This document shows positions 48,211 through 57,670 of a stretch of 64,000 nt of DNA, in pieces. Source of the DNA: an uncultured Pseudomonadales bacterium. GTDB taxonomy: Bacteria > Patescibacteriota > Microgenomatia > UBA1400 > RBG-16-45-19. Position 1 is the stretch's first letter. Each line of letters starts with the position of its first letter. The notes below the pieces were generated by a model. The model saw only the letters and a list, made by a program, of their open reading frames with translations, was not told the origin of the DNA and did not search any database. The position numbers and the translations under genes are program-made. The DNA lies in assembly GCA_964441155.1 (NCBI GenBank), contig CAYYKL010000002.1:58414-122413 (forward strand), written 5' to 3'.

Positions 48211-48840
48211 TTACTGAGCAATTCCATTGCGATTCATAAGACTCAACGTGGCGCTTAGAAAATGTCCAATGCGTAGCGCAGGATGTGGGTTAGCAGACAC
48301 AAGCAATGGATTTTGTCTTAAATCAGTTAAGTCCATTTCCAATTTTGCCAAATCAAGAAGCACCTGTTGTCTATCTCCGTTTGATCTCCAGTTCGTTGCT
48401 GTATTTTGAATTATTTCAGATGGTTTTAAACTTGAATCTTCAAAATCATTATAACTAACCGATCCACTTCGATTTAATTCTCGGAGCACTTTAGATAACA
48501 TTGTTCCTGCATAATGAGCTGTTTGCAATGTTCGTTGAGCTGGTGATACATATTCACTAATCCCAAGTTTATAAACTTGCTCACTTCCCAACCTTCCAAC
48601 ATCTTCAACTCTCAATCCCTTCAGTCTTGATTCAACTGCTCCCCTAAACAAATTAGTCGTAAAATTAATACCAGCTCGTCGATCAAAAGTTAGTGTTTTG
48701 ACTAAACCTTTATCGAGTATCCCCATACTTTCAAAAAAGAATAGCCTTCGCACATAATCATCTACTTCACTGATTCTCTCAACTAATAGCGGTGTCAAAG
48801 AAATCTCTCCATCAAAAAATAATTTTCGGTATCGCATCAC
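48211..48840 (-). CDS. Hypothetical protein (209 aa, no recognisable domain)
   Basis: Soluble with no TM. Motifs checked and not found: Fic (HPFxxGNGR), Doc, canonical HEPN Rx4-6H, GGx(n)DxD nucleotidyltransferase. Confidence 0.4.
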   Translation of the reverse strand: MMRYRKLFFDGEISLTPLLVERISEVDDYVRRLFFFESMGILDKGLVKTLTFDRRAGINFTTNLFRGAVESRLKGLRVEDVGRLGSEQVYKLGISEYVSPAQRTLQTAHYAGTMLSKVLRELNRSGSVSYNDFEDSSLKPSEIIQNTATNWRSNGDRQQVLLDLAKLEMDLTDLRQNPLLVSANPHPALRIGHFLSATLSLMNRNGIAQ

Positions 48841-48857
48841 ACTTGTGCCAGAAAGAT

Positions 48858-49214
48858 TTACACCTTTTTCTGAGCGTTCTTTTTTACTCGATACATAGTT
48901 ATTTTAGTCACTAAATCATACGGAATTGGTTTGTTAAGCGGAAACTTAATCGTACCCTTGGAACATTCGTATTGGGTTAATTCCTTGCCGAATACTTCAA
49001 TCGCTTCTGAACCTGGATAAAAACCAATGTGGTTTTTATATCCGCCAAAGTGGACTAAGTTGCCATTCAGCTTGAAGGTCGGAATCCCGTACGCAATGGC
49101 TTCCTTGGATTCGGGTGCAGCTTTTTTGATGGTTTGTCTCATTTTTTCCAAAATATCGTAGACATCGTGAGGAAAGGCACAGTTATATGCATCAATGGTG
49201 CTTACCTGTTGCAT
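48858..49214 (-). CDS. DUF1801 (YdhG-like) family protein
   Basis: AIAYGIPTFKLNGNLVHFGGYKNHIGFYPG...GTIKFPLNKPIPYDLVTKI matches the YdhG pattern. Start chosen at the internal ATG at 49214, preceded by GGAAAGGAAA. Confidence 0.6.
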   Translation of the reverse strand: MQQVSTIDAYNCAFPHDVYDILEKMRQTIKKAAPESKEAIAYGIPTFKLNGNLVHFGGYKNHIGFYPGSEAIEVFGKELTQYECSKGTIKFPLNKPIPYDLVTKITMYRVKKNAQKKV

Positions 49215-49322
49215 GTATATTTTCCTTTCCAAATGGATTGATGCCGATGTGCTGAAGTATAGCAAATGTAATTGCAACTACTATTGTTAATCGCTCAAGC
49301 GGACGTAGAATGAAATGAGCAT

Positions 49323-49838
49323 ATGCTACCCGAGCTTTTGCCTCCAAATTCTTTACTACTAGCTGAAGATGGTCACGGCAATTACGCAAATGCCTGTATA
49401 GTCCAGGGAAGACTTGTAACCGCTGGTCATGTGGCTGCGGGTAATCCCACATATATAGCTCCCTCAACGAATGAAAGCGTGAGAACTCCATTTCTTGTAA
49501 TTGGTGCTCAAGATTTAGCCATCTCCTTAGACAAAGCTCTAGCACCAGGTTTTACACAAACTGCACAAGCTCGCTTGAATGAAGCATTGACCATTGTTGG
49601 ACATCATGGGAACGAACGCAGAGAATTTAGAATTACAACCTCTGTTTCAGAGCTTCAAAGTAACGGTCGTGTTGTGGTTAAACGAACCAAAGGAGCACAA
49701 GCTCAACCAGGAATGAGCGGCTCGCCTGCAATTACCTCCAAAGGTGAGTTTGTGGGTATTTTGGTCGCCGGCGTTGATGATACAGATGGACAACAATTAT
49801 ATATTGAAACAATTCAAGAGCTAGTCAGGAATAGCTAA
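49323..49838 (+). CDS. Small cytoplasmic trypsin-like (chymotrypsin-fold) serine peptidase
   Basis: Catalytic triad contexts are readable: TAGHVA (His), GAQDLAI (Asp), GMSGSP (Ser, compare GDSGGP). Only 171 aa, with no signal peptide and no PDZ domain. Confidence 0.6.
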   Translation: MLPELLPPNSLLLAEDGHGNYANACIVQGRLVTAGHVAAGNPTYIAPSTNESVRTPFLVIGAQDLAISLDKALAPGFTQTAQARLNEALTIVGHHGNERREFRITTSVSELQSNGRVVVKRTKGAQAQPGMSGSPAITSKGEFVGILVAGVDDTDGQQLYIETIQELVRNS

Positions 49839-49989
49839 CGATATAACCTATCCTAAAATTTGCCACAACATAATCTTTCATGAGCCACCTTAGACCTAGA
49901 CCGCTTCACATATTTTCATTATAGTTACTAGAGATAATTGAGTGCACATGATAATTGATTGAGCGTATTGCTAATAGGAATTACTGTCT

Positions 49990-51702
49990 ATGAACCTTGG
50001 TCCATTTGCTGAAATTGGCATCCTCCTTGGCGTTGCAACACTCGTATCGCTAGTTATGCGCTTTCTTAAACAGCCATTAATAATTGGACACATTATCACT
50101 GGCTTTCTGGTGGGGCGCTATGCACTCAATCTCTTTCCCAGCATTGAAACATTTGAACTATTTAGTCACTTAGGCATCGCCTTTTTGCTGTTTAGCGTCG
50201 GCTTGAGTCTTAACCCCAAAGTGCTTAGAGAATATGGCACAGCATCGGTGCTTATCACTTTTGGTCAAGTGTTTTTAACCGGTGGTGCGGGAGTGCTCGC
50301 CTGCCTATTGCTTGGCTATGATTGGGTAACGGCTTTGTATGTGGGCATCGCCATTTCTTTTTCGAGCACAGTCATTGTGCTCAAGCTATTAGCTGATAAA
50401 GGTGATCTGGAAAAACTGTATGTCAAAGTCTCAGTAGGATCACTTCTCCTACAGGATTTAATTGCCATAATCTTATTGTTTGCAATTCCCATTGGAACTG
50501 GATCAGCGGGAGTTGGATATACCCTATTTAAAACGCTTGCCCTCGCAATAGCAGTTGGAATCGGAGTCTTCGTGTTCGCGCATTTTGTTATTGCTCGCCT
50601 CCACCCTTATTTAACCCGCTCACAAGAATTATTATTTTTGTTTGCTAATGCCTGGGCTATTGGAATTTCGATGCTTTTTAGCTATATTGGTTTTTCTTTA
50701 GAAGGCGGAGCGCTGATTGCAGGTGTTGCTCTTTCCACCCTTCCCAGTAGTCATGAAATCAGTGCTCGACTTGCTCCTTTGCGTGATTTTTTCATCGTGT
50801 CTTTTTTCATTCTGCTGGGCACTCGAATGGTGGTGAGTGATTACAGTGCCATTCTTTGGCCAGCGATGGCGCTATCTTTGTTTGTGTTAGTCATTAATCC
50901 GTTAATTCAACTCATCATCATGGGATTTTTAGGTTATCGCAAAAAAACCAGTTTCCAAACTGGCATGATGGCGGCTCAAATCAGCGAATTCTCACTTATT
51001 TTGGTGGGGCTCGGGGTCTCGCTTAAACAAGTTAATGCGTCAGTTTTATCCATGGTCACGCTTGTTGGCATCGTGACCATTTTTATTTCTACTTACCTCA
51101 TTTATTATTCAGATAATCTCTATAAATTACTCGCTCCAGCACTTCAACTCTTTGAAAGAAAACATGTGCGCGAGCGGGCAATTCGAGTCAAAAAATATCC
51201 AATTATGTTAATCGGCAGTGGTCGAGTGAGCCATGACTTTATTCAATTATTTTTGAAAAACAAATTACCATTTATGGTAATAGAGCATGATCCCGAAGCG
51301 ATTGAGGCATTAGAAGCTCATGAGATTCCGTATATCTATGGCGATGCCAGTGATCCTGATTTACTAGAGGATACAAAGTTGCATGATGCTGAGCTGGTTA
51401 TTTCCACAGCGCCCGATTTGACCACAAACCGCATCGTTCTGTCCGTTGCCAAACGAAGTGACAAAAATCCACTCGTCATATTAGTCGCCCACCGCATCAA
51501 TAACGCGCTCGAGCTGTATCGCTATGGCGCAGATTATGTTATCCTTCCCCATTTCTTGGGAGCAAAATATGCAGCTTCACTGCTGAATCGGTGCACCAAG
51601 GGAGAAGTCACTTTGCAAAGAGTTCGAGAAAGACATATTGCTCAGCTACATAGTCGCAAAGTGAGCGGGCACGAACATCCTCAAATTGAACGTTATCGCT
51701 GA
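49990..51702 (+). CDS. Cation:proton antiporter (CPA2, Kef-type) with C-terminal RCK/TrkA-N domain
   Basis: About 12-TM Na+/H+ exchanger domain followed by a Rossmann motif IMLIGSGRVSHDF and a TrkA-N-like region. Confidence 0.8.
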   Translation: MNLGPFAEIGILLGVATLVSLVMRFLKQPLIIGHIITGFLVGRYALNLFPSIETFELFSHLGIAFLLFSVGLSLNPKVLREYGTASVLITFGQVFLTGGAGVLACLLLGYDWVTALYVGIAISFSSTVIVLKLLADKGDLEKLYVKVSVGSLLLQDLIAIILLFAIPIGTGSAGVGYTLFKTLALAIAVGIGVFVFAHFVIARLHPYLTRSQELLFLFANAWAIGISMLFSYIGFSLEGGALIAGVALSTLPSSHEISARLAPLRDFFIVSFFILLGTRMVVSDYSAILWPAMALSLFVLVINPLIQLIIMGFLGYRKKTSFQTGMMAAQISEFSLILVGLGVSLKQVNASVLSMVTLVGIVTIFISTYLIYYSDNLYKLLAPALQLFERKHVRERAIRVKKYPIMLIGSGRVSHDFIQLFLKNKLPFMVIEHDPEAIEALEAHEIPYIYGDASDPDLLEDTKLHDAELVISTAPDLTTNRIVLSVAKRSDKNPLVILVAHRINNALELYRYGADYVILPHFLGAKYAASLLNRCTKGEVTLQRVRERHIAQLHSRKVSGHEHPQIERYR

Positions 51703-51907
51703 TGTCATTACCCGCTTCTTTACGTTTTTTCTTATCAATTTAAGACTCCCAATCCAATTAGCCCGGTAATGATTAAATATCCAGCGATGAGATAATTTAA
51801 AAATTTTGGAAACATCAGGATCAACACACCAAACAAGAGTGCGGTCAAGGGACTTAAATTCGCAAAAGATAGATTCATAATTAATCACTCCTTACACTCG
51901 CAACTAA

Positions 51908-52159
51908 TTAGCGGTTGCGCAACATTCGGCCCACAAAGATCACCACACAGGCACCGATCACGGCGACCACTAAGCTATAAATATTGAATCCGTTGACTCC
52001 TGATTGGCCAAGGAATTCCATGATAAAACCGCCGACAATTGCACCAACCACCCCCATAATAATATCCATAAGCGTGTTTTGACTGGCGTCAGTTTTCATA
52101 ATCATCGAGGCAATCCAACCTGCCAGTGCTCCAAAAATGATCCAAAGTAGTATTCCCAT
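51908..52159 (-). CDS. GlsB/YeaQ/YmgE-family (transglycosylase-associated) small stress membrane protein
   Basis: 83 aa; MGILLWIIFGALAGWIASMI and the GGFI...G motif typical of this family. Confidence 0.65.
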   Translation of the reverse strand: MGILLWIIFGALAGWIASMIMKTDASQNTLMDIIMGVVGAIVGGFIMEFLGQSGVNGFNIYSLVVAVIGACVVIFVGRMLRNR

Positions 52160-52246
52160 ATATTCCCTTAAAAATTAATTAGTAGCTATTCGCACGTTTC
52201 TTAATAAGTCTGAAAGTTAAACCTGTAGGCCTAAAAAGACTTCGCG

Positions 52247-52450
52247 CTATTGTTGGTTGACATTAATGTCCATCTGCTCAGGAATATTCACTTCCGGTGC
52301 TGAAACATTAATTTCGGTTGGACCGCTTCTCTCAAGTGCGGGGATACCGAAATACAGTAGAACGGCTACCAAGCCGACCAACACTAATGCGCCAATTAGA
52401 AAACCGCTGCCTCCCGAGGACGGAGCAGGGTTATTTACGATTGTGCTCAT
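52247..52450 (-). CDS. Small hypothetical membrane protein
   Basis: 67 aa with a single TM helix; no motif. Confidence 0.3.
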   Translation of the reverse strand: MSTIVNNPAPSSGGSGFLIGALVLVGLVAVLLYFGIPALERSGPTEINVSAPEVNIPEQMDINVNQQ

Positions 52451-52505
52451 TGTTTCTCACCTCCTTCAAAATAACAGTAATTAGTAACCAAGATTAATGT
52501 GTGCT

Positions 52506-52901
52506 TTATAGCTCATCTTTGTCTCTTGAGACTATTTGCACCAGCATGGCGATTCCCCAAGCAAGAAGTGCATAGACAACGATTGCCAGAAGCACTGACG
52601 GCTCAAAGACTGATGCTGTTTCGATTCCCTGCGCTACTCCGCGGCGAAAGATCCCCTCAAACGGAGCAATGAATAGTGCAGTTAATCCATAGATGAAGCG
52701 CACAAAGGCACTTGCAGTATTTGCACCGGCCAGTTTCAGAATCAACCGGAAAACCAGCAATACTTCAAGCAAGCCAAACACAAAATAGATTAACTGTTGC
52801 GTGGTATGCACGCCTGAAGCAATATGCTTTGTTTCGGTAACTCGGTCTGCGCGCGGTCCTGTCTGCTGCGCCACCACTGTTTCTTTTATAATTTCAGCCA
52901 T
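52506..52901 (-). CDS. YggT-like small membrane protein
   Basis: Two TM helices with a LIYFVFGLLEVLLVFRLILKL-type first helix, as in YggT/Ycf19. Confidence 0.4.
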   Translation of the reverse strand: MAEIIKETVVAQQTGPRADRVTETKHIASGVHTTQQLIYFVFGLLEVLLVFRLILKLAGANTASAFVRFIYGLTALFIAPFEGIFRRGVAQGIETASVFEPSVLLAIVVYALLAWGIAMLVQIVSRDKDEL

Positions 52902-53052
52902 AGTTTCTCACCACCTTTGCATGTTATTAATTGCTCGAGTTATATAGTTGAGCTAACACTATCTGAAGTATACTGATGAGTTTGTGAGGAAGGACTATGC
53001 AGCGTATATGAATTATGTAAGAATTTTGAAGTCAAGAACTAGCATTGAGCGA

Positions 53053-53457
53053 TCACTTTATGCCATGCCGCCAGAAGACCGAAGTGATATTGGTTCCTGA
53101 GCGCAACAAGTTTATTGCTTTTTTTAGTTCGTACTGACTGAGGGAAGCATGAAGCGGTTCTTTCTCGGGAATCACTCCAGTGTAATGAGATTCTAATACC
53201 CCTAATACTCTCGGGTCTCCCAACTGGCCCAATGCCCAAATGGCATCGTTTCTGGAGCGGAAATCTTTTCGTTGATCATTTACCATTTGAGACAAAGCAA
53301 GCGTGCAATCCTCTCGGTATTCGTTAATAGCTTTTTGACATTGATTTTTTACTTCGTAGCCAATAGCGCTGCACGCCACAAAAAATAGCAAAAACAACAC
53401 GCTCATGCCAACTATCATTCCATAGCCAAGCACGAACCGGGATGATTTAGTCAACAT
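53053..53457 (-). CDS. Membrane-anchored HEAT-repeat (PBS-lyase-type) protein
   Basis: N-terminal TM helix and the HEAT-like repeat [21 protein letters not shown]. Start uncertain (ATG at 53457 or 53478). Confidence 0.4.
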   Translation of the reverse strand: MLTKSSRFVLGYGMIVGMSVLFLLFFVACSAIGYEVKNQCQKAINEYREDCTLALSQMVNDQRKDFRSRNDAIWALGQLGDPRVLGVLESHYTGVIPEKEPLHASLSQYELKKAINLLRSGTNITSVFWRHGIK

Positions 53458-53674
53458 TGTTATCTCCTGCTTCATAGCTAAAAATATCCTCAACCTGCAC
53501 TTTCAATAAAGCAGCAATTCTAAATGCTAAGCTCAATGACGGTAAATATTTATTACTTTCGATAGCAATAATTGTTTGTCGAGTGACGTTTACGGCATGA
53601 GCCAATTGTTCTTGGGTGAGATTATGCATCGCTCGATATACTTTGAGCTTATTCTTAATCACTACTTCCTCCAA
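53447..53674 (-). CDS. XRE-family helix-turn-helix transcriptional regulator
   Basis: [39 protein letters not shown], a classic Cro/C1 HTH; 75 aa. Confidence 0.8.
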   Translation of the reverse strand: MEEVVIKNKLKVYRAMHNLTQEQLAHAVNVTRQTIIAIESNKYLPSLSLAFRIAALLKVQVEDIFSYEAGDNNVD

Positions 53675-54071
53675 ATTTTCGCTTCAACACGTAGTATGAA
53701 ATTGCATAAACAGTAATCATGAACAAGGCCAAATATGCCAATACCATCCCCATTGATTCAAAATAGGCAAACTCACCTTTGGCAAACACCGATGAAAGTT
53801 CTTTGTAGGGCACTAACAACAGTAATGCCGCTATCGCTAAGGTTGGCGCAAAAATTGCATAGGTGAGGTGCGCAGCTTTTTCTCTTATTGTTTGTTCTCT
53901 TTCGTCAATGGTCATAGTAATTTTTGAACGAAACACAATCAGAAATAACATGCCAGTGGTCACCCCCAAAGTTGCCAATAAATAGCTTTGACTACTTATC
54001 GAAGCTGCAACCACACATCCAATAAAAAAAGTAATCATCACTCGAATTTGTTTAAATTGTTGTTTGTTCAT
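53655..54071 (-). CDS. Membrane protein, DUF2178-like (partner of XRE regulator)
   Basis: 4-TM, 138-aa protein immediately upstream of and overlapping the XRE gene. Its size and topology fit the DUF2178 family, which commonly pairs with XRE regulators. Confidence 0.35.
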   Translation of the reverse strand: MNKQQFKQIRVMITFFIGCVVAASISSQSYLLATLGVTTGMLFLIVFRSKITMTIDEREQTIREKAAHLTYAIFAPTLAIAALLLLVPYKELSSVFAKGEFAYFESMGMVLAYLALFMITVYAISYYVLKRKFGGSSD

Positions 54072-54307
54072 ATGCCTTGAATGTAACATATTATTTACAT
54101 TATGTATAGGTATGCAGACATACATCGCTTGCAGTCATTCGCATTCACATAATGATGTCGATGTTTATCATCACCACAACTCATATTGAATCTTTCAACA
54201 ACAAATTCACGATTTATTAGTTAATGATTGTTGTAACAATAAATATATATTGTTAATCGATATATAACGTACTACAATACTATTGTTAAAGCATAAAAGG
54301 ACATTCT

Positions 54308-54784
54308 ATGAAACACATGTCAACGTTTTTTTTAAAATTAGTGATTATTCTCATCGCAATCGGCACACTCACAGCTTTAATTGCTTTTCCTCGAACAGAA
54401 GGAAGAGCAACGAATTTAGATTTGGTTAGTATTTATACAGATCCCTTCATTGTGTATGTGTATTTTGCTTCAATCCCCTTTTTTGTAGCACTTTGGCAAG
54501 CAGTAAACCTATTAGGTTATATCGAACAAAATCGGGTATTCTCTCCAATTGCAGTCAAAGCACTTAGAAATATTAAATACTGTGCATTGGCAATTATTAG
54601 CTTACTGTCTGGGGCAATTTTCTATGTTCGTGTGGAAGCTCGCGGCGATGACTCTGCAGGCCCAATTATGTTGGGGTTAGTGTCGCTCTTTGCATCCCTA
54701 GTGATTGCAACTGCGGCTGCCGTTTTCCAGCAACTACTACAAAATGCAGTCGATATTAAATCTGAAAATGACTTAACGGTGTAA
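54308..54784 (+). CDS. Membrane protein, DUF2975-like
   Basis: 4-TM, 158-aa protein directly upstream of a YozG-like XRE regulator, the usual DUF2975/YozG pairing. Confidence 0.4.
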   Translation: MKHMSTFFLKLVIILIAIGTLTALIAFPRTEGRATNLDLVSIYTDPFIVYVYFASIPFFVALWQAVNLLGYIEQNRVFSPIAVKALRNIKYCALAIISLLSGAIFYVRVEARGDDSAGPIMLGLVSLFASLVIATAAAVFQQLLQNAVDIKSENDLTV

Positions 54785-54792
54785 AGGATTCT

Positions 54793-55002
54793 ATGGGAAT
54801 AATCATTAATATTGATGTCATGCTCGCTAAAAGAAAAATGAGTGTCACTCATCTCACCGAAAAAGTGGGTATAACCATGGCCAATCTATCGATATTGAAA
54901 AACGGTAAAGCTCGAGCTATTCGCTTTTCCACCCTGGAAGCAATTTGCAAAGCATTAAATTGCCAACCAGGAGATATTCTCGAGTATAAAGCGGAAATAT
55001 AA
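54793..55002 (+). CDS. XRE-family HTH regulator (YozG-like)
   Basis: MSVTHLTEKVGITMANLSILKNGKARAIRFSTLEAICKALNCQPGDIL; 69 aa. Confidence 0.8.
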   Translation: MGIIINIDVMLAKRKMSVTHLTEKVGITMANLSILKNGKARAIRFSTLEAICKALNCQPGDILEYKAEI

Positions 55003-55023
55003 AAACTAACAAGGAGTAACTAT

Positions 55024-55320
55024 ATGAATATCGCAAACCTTATAGCCAAAAACAAAGATTTTGCAGTTGTTCTCATGCTCACTGCTATCGCACTCATACT
55101 TCCCTATATAGCTATGCAATTTAGTAGTGAAGTCAACTGGACTGCAGACGATTTTGCCGTTATGGGAACACTCGTTCTTGGAACTGGATCTTTGTTTGTC
55201 TTAGTTTTCCGAATTACACCGCAACGATATCGAACCCTGATTGGATTCACTTTCTTGCTGGGATTTCTTTGGCTCTGGGCTGAGCTAGCAGTAGGTATAT
55301 TTACTAACTGGGGTAGCTAA
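55024..55320 (+). CDS. Hypothetical membrane protein (3 TM)
   Basis: 98-aa hydrophobic ORF downstream of the YozG-like gene. Confidence 0.35.
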   Translation: MNIANLIAKNKDFAVVLMLTAIALILPYIAMQFSSEVNWTADDFAVMGTLVLGTGSLFVLVFRITPQRYRTLIGFTFLLGFLWLWAELAVGIFTNWGS

Positions 55321-55458
55321 ACTATCTCCCACATAGCTATTTGAGTATTTGAATGTAATTACTTAGGCACCTCTAGAACTAAAAGCAGCTTTGATCGTGT
55401 CGCTATCGGAAATTAAAACTACTTGGTGTAGAAGTCCGGGAAAAGACAATATTCGAGC

Positions 55459-55755
55459 CTATGAAGTAGAAAACGATAAGCCTTTTTTATCTAATGCATC
55501 TTGTAATATGCTCAATGCCCTAGGCCCAAACCCGTGCAAAGCCAAGAGCTCTTTTTCTGTGTATTTGGTTAAATCAGCAAGCTTGCTAATCCCAATGCTA
55601 TCTAGTGCGCGAAAAGCAGGAGCACCGATAGGAGGAATTGCGTCTCCGTAGGCATTTTTCATTTCGTGTGCAGAGCAGATCGGACAGACCGGGCAATCAC
55701 TGGTTTTTTCAAATCGATGACCATGGTTGCACACTCTTGTTGCCATACTATGCAT
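55459..55755 (-). CDS. Zinc-ribbon + helix-hairpin-helix small DNA-binding protein (tentative)
   Basis: N-terminal CNHGH...CPVCPIC cluster, then ...ALDSIGISKLADL...LLALHGFGPRALSIL (HhH-like). Confidence 0.35.
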   Translation of the reverse strand: MHSMATRVCNHGHRFEKTSDCPVCPICSAHEMKNAYGDAIPPIGAPAFRALDSIGISKLADLTKYTEKELLALHGFGPRALSILQDALDKKGLSFSTS

Positions 55756-56167
55756 TCGTCTTTTTCATGTATTGAAATGATATTTTGATAAGTGATGCGA
55801 GCGCTTTTTGATCCACATCTGCCAATTTGTTGAGATATAAACATCCCACGCTTTTTTTGTGCTTTCCCAATGATTCGAGTAAAGCCCTGTTATCTCCATT
55901 GCCTGCCATGATATAAAGTGTTAGGTTTTGCTTGCGAGGCGAGAATCCAACCAGTGGCCAATCCCCTTCTTGCGTACTTCGCTCTGACTTGTAGTGATAG
56001 GTGCCAAATCCCACAATGCTTGTTCCCCACATGACTGCTTTTTCTCCGGTAATCCGCTCAAATAATTCAAGCAGCGCAAAGCTATCGATTCTTTTTTGCT
56101 CTGGCTCAATCGTATTGAGAAAATCTCTAGGATCTTGATTGGTGGGTTTGGTTTTTAGTTCTGCCAT
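55748..56167 (-). CDS. DUF1801-family protein (second subtype)
   Basis: ...KAVMWGTSIVGFGTYHYKSERSTQEGDWPLVGFSPRKQNLTLYIM... resembles the MWG/GFG/Y-Y subtype of DUF1801. Confidence 0.5.
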   Translation of the reverse strand: MAELKTKPTNQDPRDFLNTIEPEQKRIDSFALLELFERITGEKAVMWGTSIVGFGTYHYKSERSTQEGDWPLVGFSPRKQNLTLYIMAGNGDNRALLESLGKHKKSVGCLYLNKLADVDQKALASLIKISFQYMKKTNA

Positions 56168-56255
56168 GAAGAAATTATATCAGCAACACGAGTTCAGCTT
56201 ATTTAATATTTTCTGTATTAGTCATTCCTCAACGGGAATCTTAGATCGCCAATTA

Positions 56256-56738
56256 TTATTCGGGTCCATTCATTTCTAGGTATGCTAGACCTTTGATTTC
56301 ACTAAGAATTTGTTTGTTTTGCACGGCTATTTTTTTGTAGAGCTCGCTCTGAGTGCTTGCGAGCTTATGGGCAATCAACTTTACATCGTCCAAATACTTC
56401 TTTTCTTCAATGGCCAGTGTCTTCATAAATAACAATTTTTCTAGTGAAATGATTACATACTTTTCTTGTTCAATCGAATTTTCCTTATAAAAATCGTAAT
56501 CAAACAGGCGGATTGTTTTCCATATTTCAAATTCAAATGGACAAACTCCCAAATCTCCCCACAAGTCTTTAACTCGATCTGGATATATTTTGATTAGATT
56601 GACGATATCTTCTTCAGTTGCAATTAAGTCAATATCTTCACCTGATTTTCGCAAGCCGTAATATTCCATGGCTTTTCCGCCAATCAAAATAGGTTTCTTT
56701 TTGAAGGAGTAAGTAAGCATATCCAAAGGAATATCCAT
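56256..56738 (-). CDS. Minimal Pol-beta-superfamily nucleotidyltransferase
   Basis: GG-x12-DID nucleotidyltransferase signature (ILIGGKAMEYYGLRKSGEDIDLIA); 160 aa. Confidence 0.5.
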   Translation of the reverse strand: MDIPLDMLTYSFKKKPILIGGKAMEYYGLRKSGEDIDLIATEEDIVNLIKIYPDRVKDLWGDLGVCPFEFEIWKTIRLFDYDFYKENSIEQEKYVIISLEKLLFMKTLAIEEKKYLDDVKLIAHKLASTQSELYKKIAVQNKQILSEIKGLAYLEMNGPE

Positions 56739-56778
56739 ACTCGGAGTATAACAAATGAAGAAATATGCTACGTTAGTT

Positions 56779-57096
56779 TCAAGAAATTTTATGTATTTCT
56801 CTAAAACCCATATAGGTCATGGCAAAGAGAATAATAATGGCAATATAAAATTGAAGATTTTCAGGATTTGCCAAAATTTTCATCAATGGAGTTGATTGGC
56901 GAAAAACAAAATGAAAGACAACAGCTAATGGCAAGGTGAGCCAAACCCAAGCAAGCTTTGGAACATTGATATGTATCCGAGAAGCGAGCCAGCTCAAAAG
57001 GGGTGACAGAACAAGCACTGCAACATAGGAGGTTGCCGTGTCAAAAATGGCAAATGGCCCAATTCTGAACTGACGCAAATATTCTAAGGAAACCAT
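56779..57096 (-). CDS. Hypothetical membrane protein (3 TM)
   Basis: 105-aa hydrophobic ORF. Confidence 0.3.
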   Translation of the reverse strand: MVSLEYLRQFRIGPFAIFDTATSYVAVLVLSPLLSWLASRIHINVPKLAWVWLTLPLAVVFHFVFRQSTPLMKILANPENLQFYIAIIILFAMTYMGFREIHKIS

Positions 57097-57244
57097 AGTG
57101 ATACTTTACTCTTAATATAAGGCTAAAGCTAACTCCTGAAATCGAAAGTGACTTTTATACGATTGCGTAATTCATTAAGGCAATTGGCGTGTGAGGTTAT
57201 GTAAACTAAATCGGCTTAAAATATTGTGACCGTGTGAAATTGAC

Positions 57245-57637
57245 TTACGGCGCGTGCTTCCACAAAGCACCTTCATTGACTTCAGTGACCCGAAAGGCTG
57301 CGATTTTTTTGATTAAGGCAATGGGTAGTGGTTTATCATAGGGAAATTGAATCGTATCTTTGCCTGTGGTGTACTCGGCTAGCTCTTTGGTGAAGTGTTC
57401 CAGAGTTGAGCGAGTCGGCATAAAATTGAGATGAGATTTAAAAGCAGAGAATGAAAATAGAATTCGATTCGTTTCTAAAACTGGCTGGCCCCACTTAATG
57501 CCCTCCTTTGCGCTCGGTGCTGCCACTTTCAAAATTTCGCGGAGTTCTTGCAGCTTTTCTTGTGCAGCTATTGGTGCAGCTGCAATATATTCATCGATGG
57601 TTTTATGTGTTGGTTTTGACATGGTGGAAAATATCAA
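57245..57637 (-). CDS. DUF1801 (YdhG-like) family protein
   Basis: Paralog of 48858-49214: ...EGIKWGQPVLETNRILFSFSAFKSHLNFMP...GKDTIQFPYDKPLPIALIKKI... An alternative start lies at 57622. Confidence 0.6.
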   Translation of the reverse strand: MIFSTMSKPTHKTIDEYIAAAPIAAQEKLQELREILKVAAPSAKEGIKWGQPVLETNRILFSFSAFKSHLNFMPTRSTLEHFTKELAEYTTGKDTIQFPYDKPLPIALIKKIAAFRVTEVNEGALWKHAP

Positions 57638-57670
57638 TAGGTATCAGGCCAATTTTCGTTGACTGCTAAC

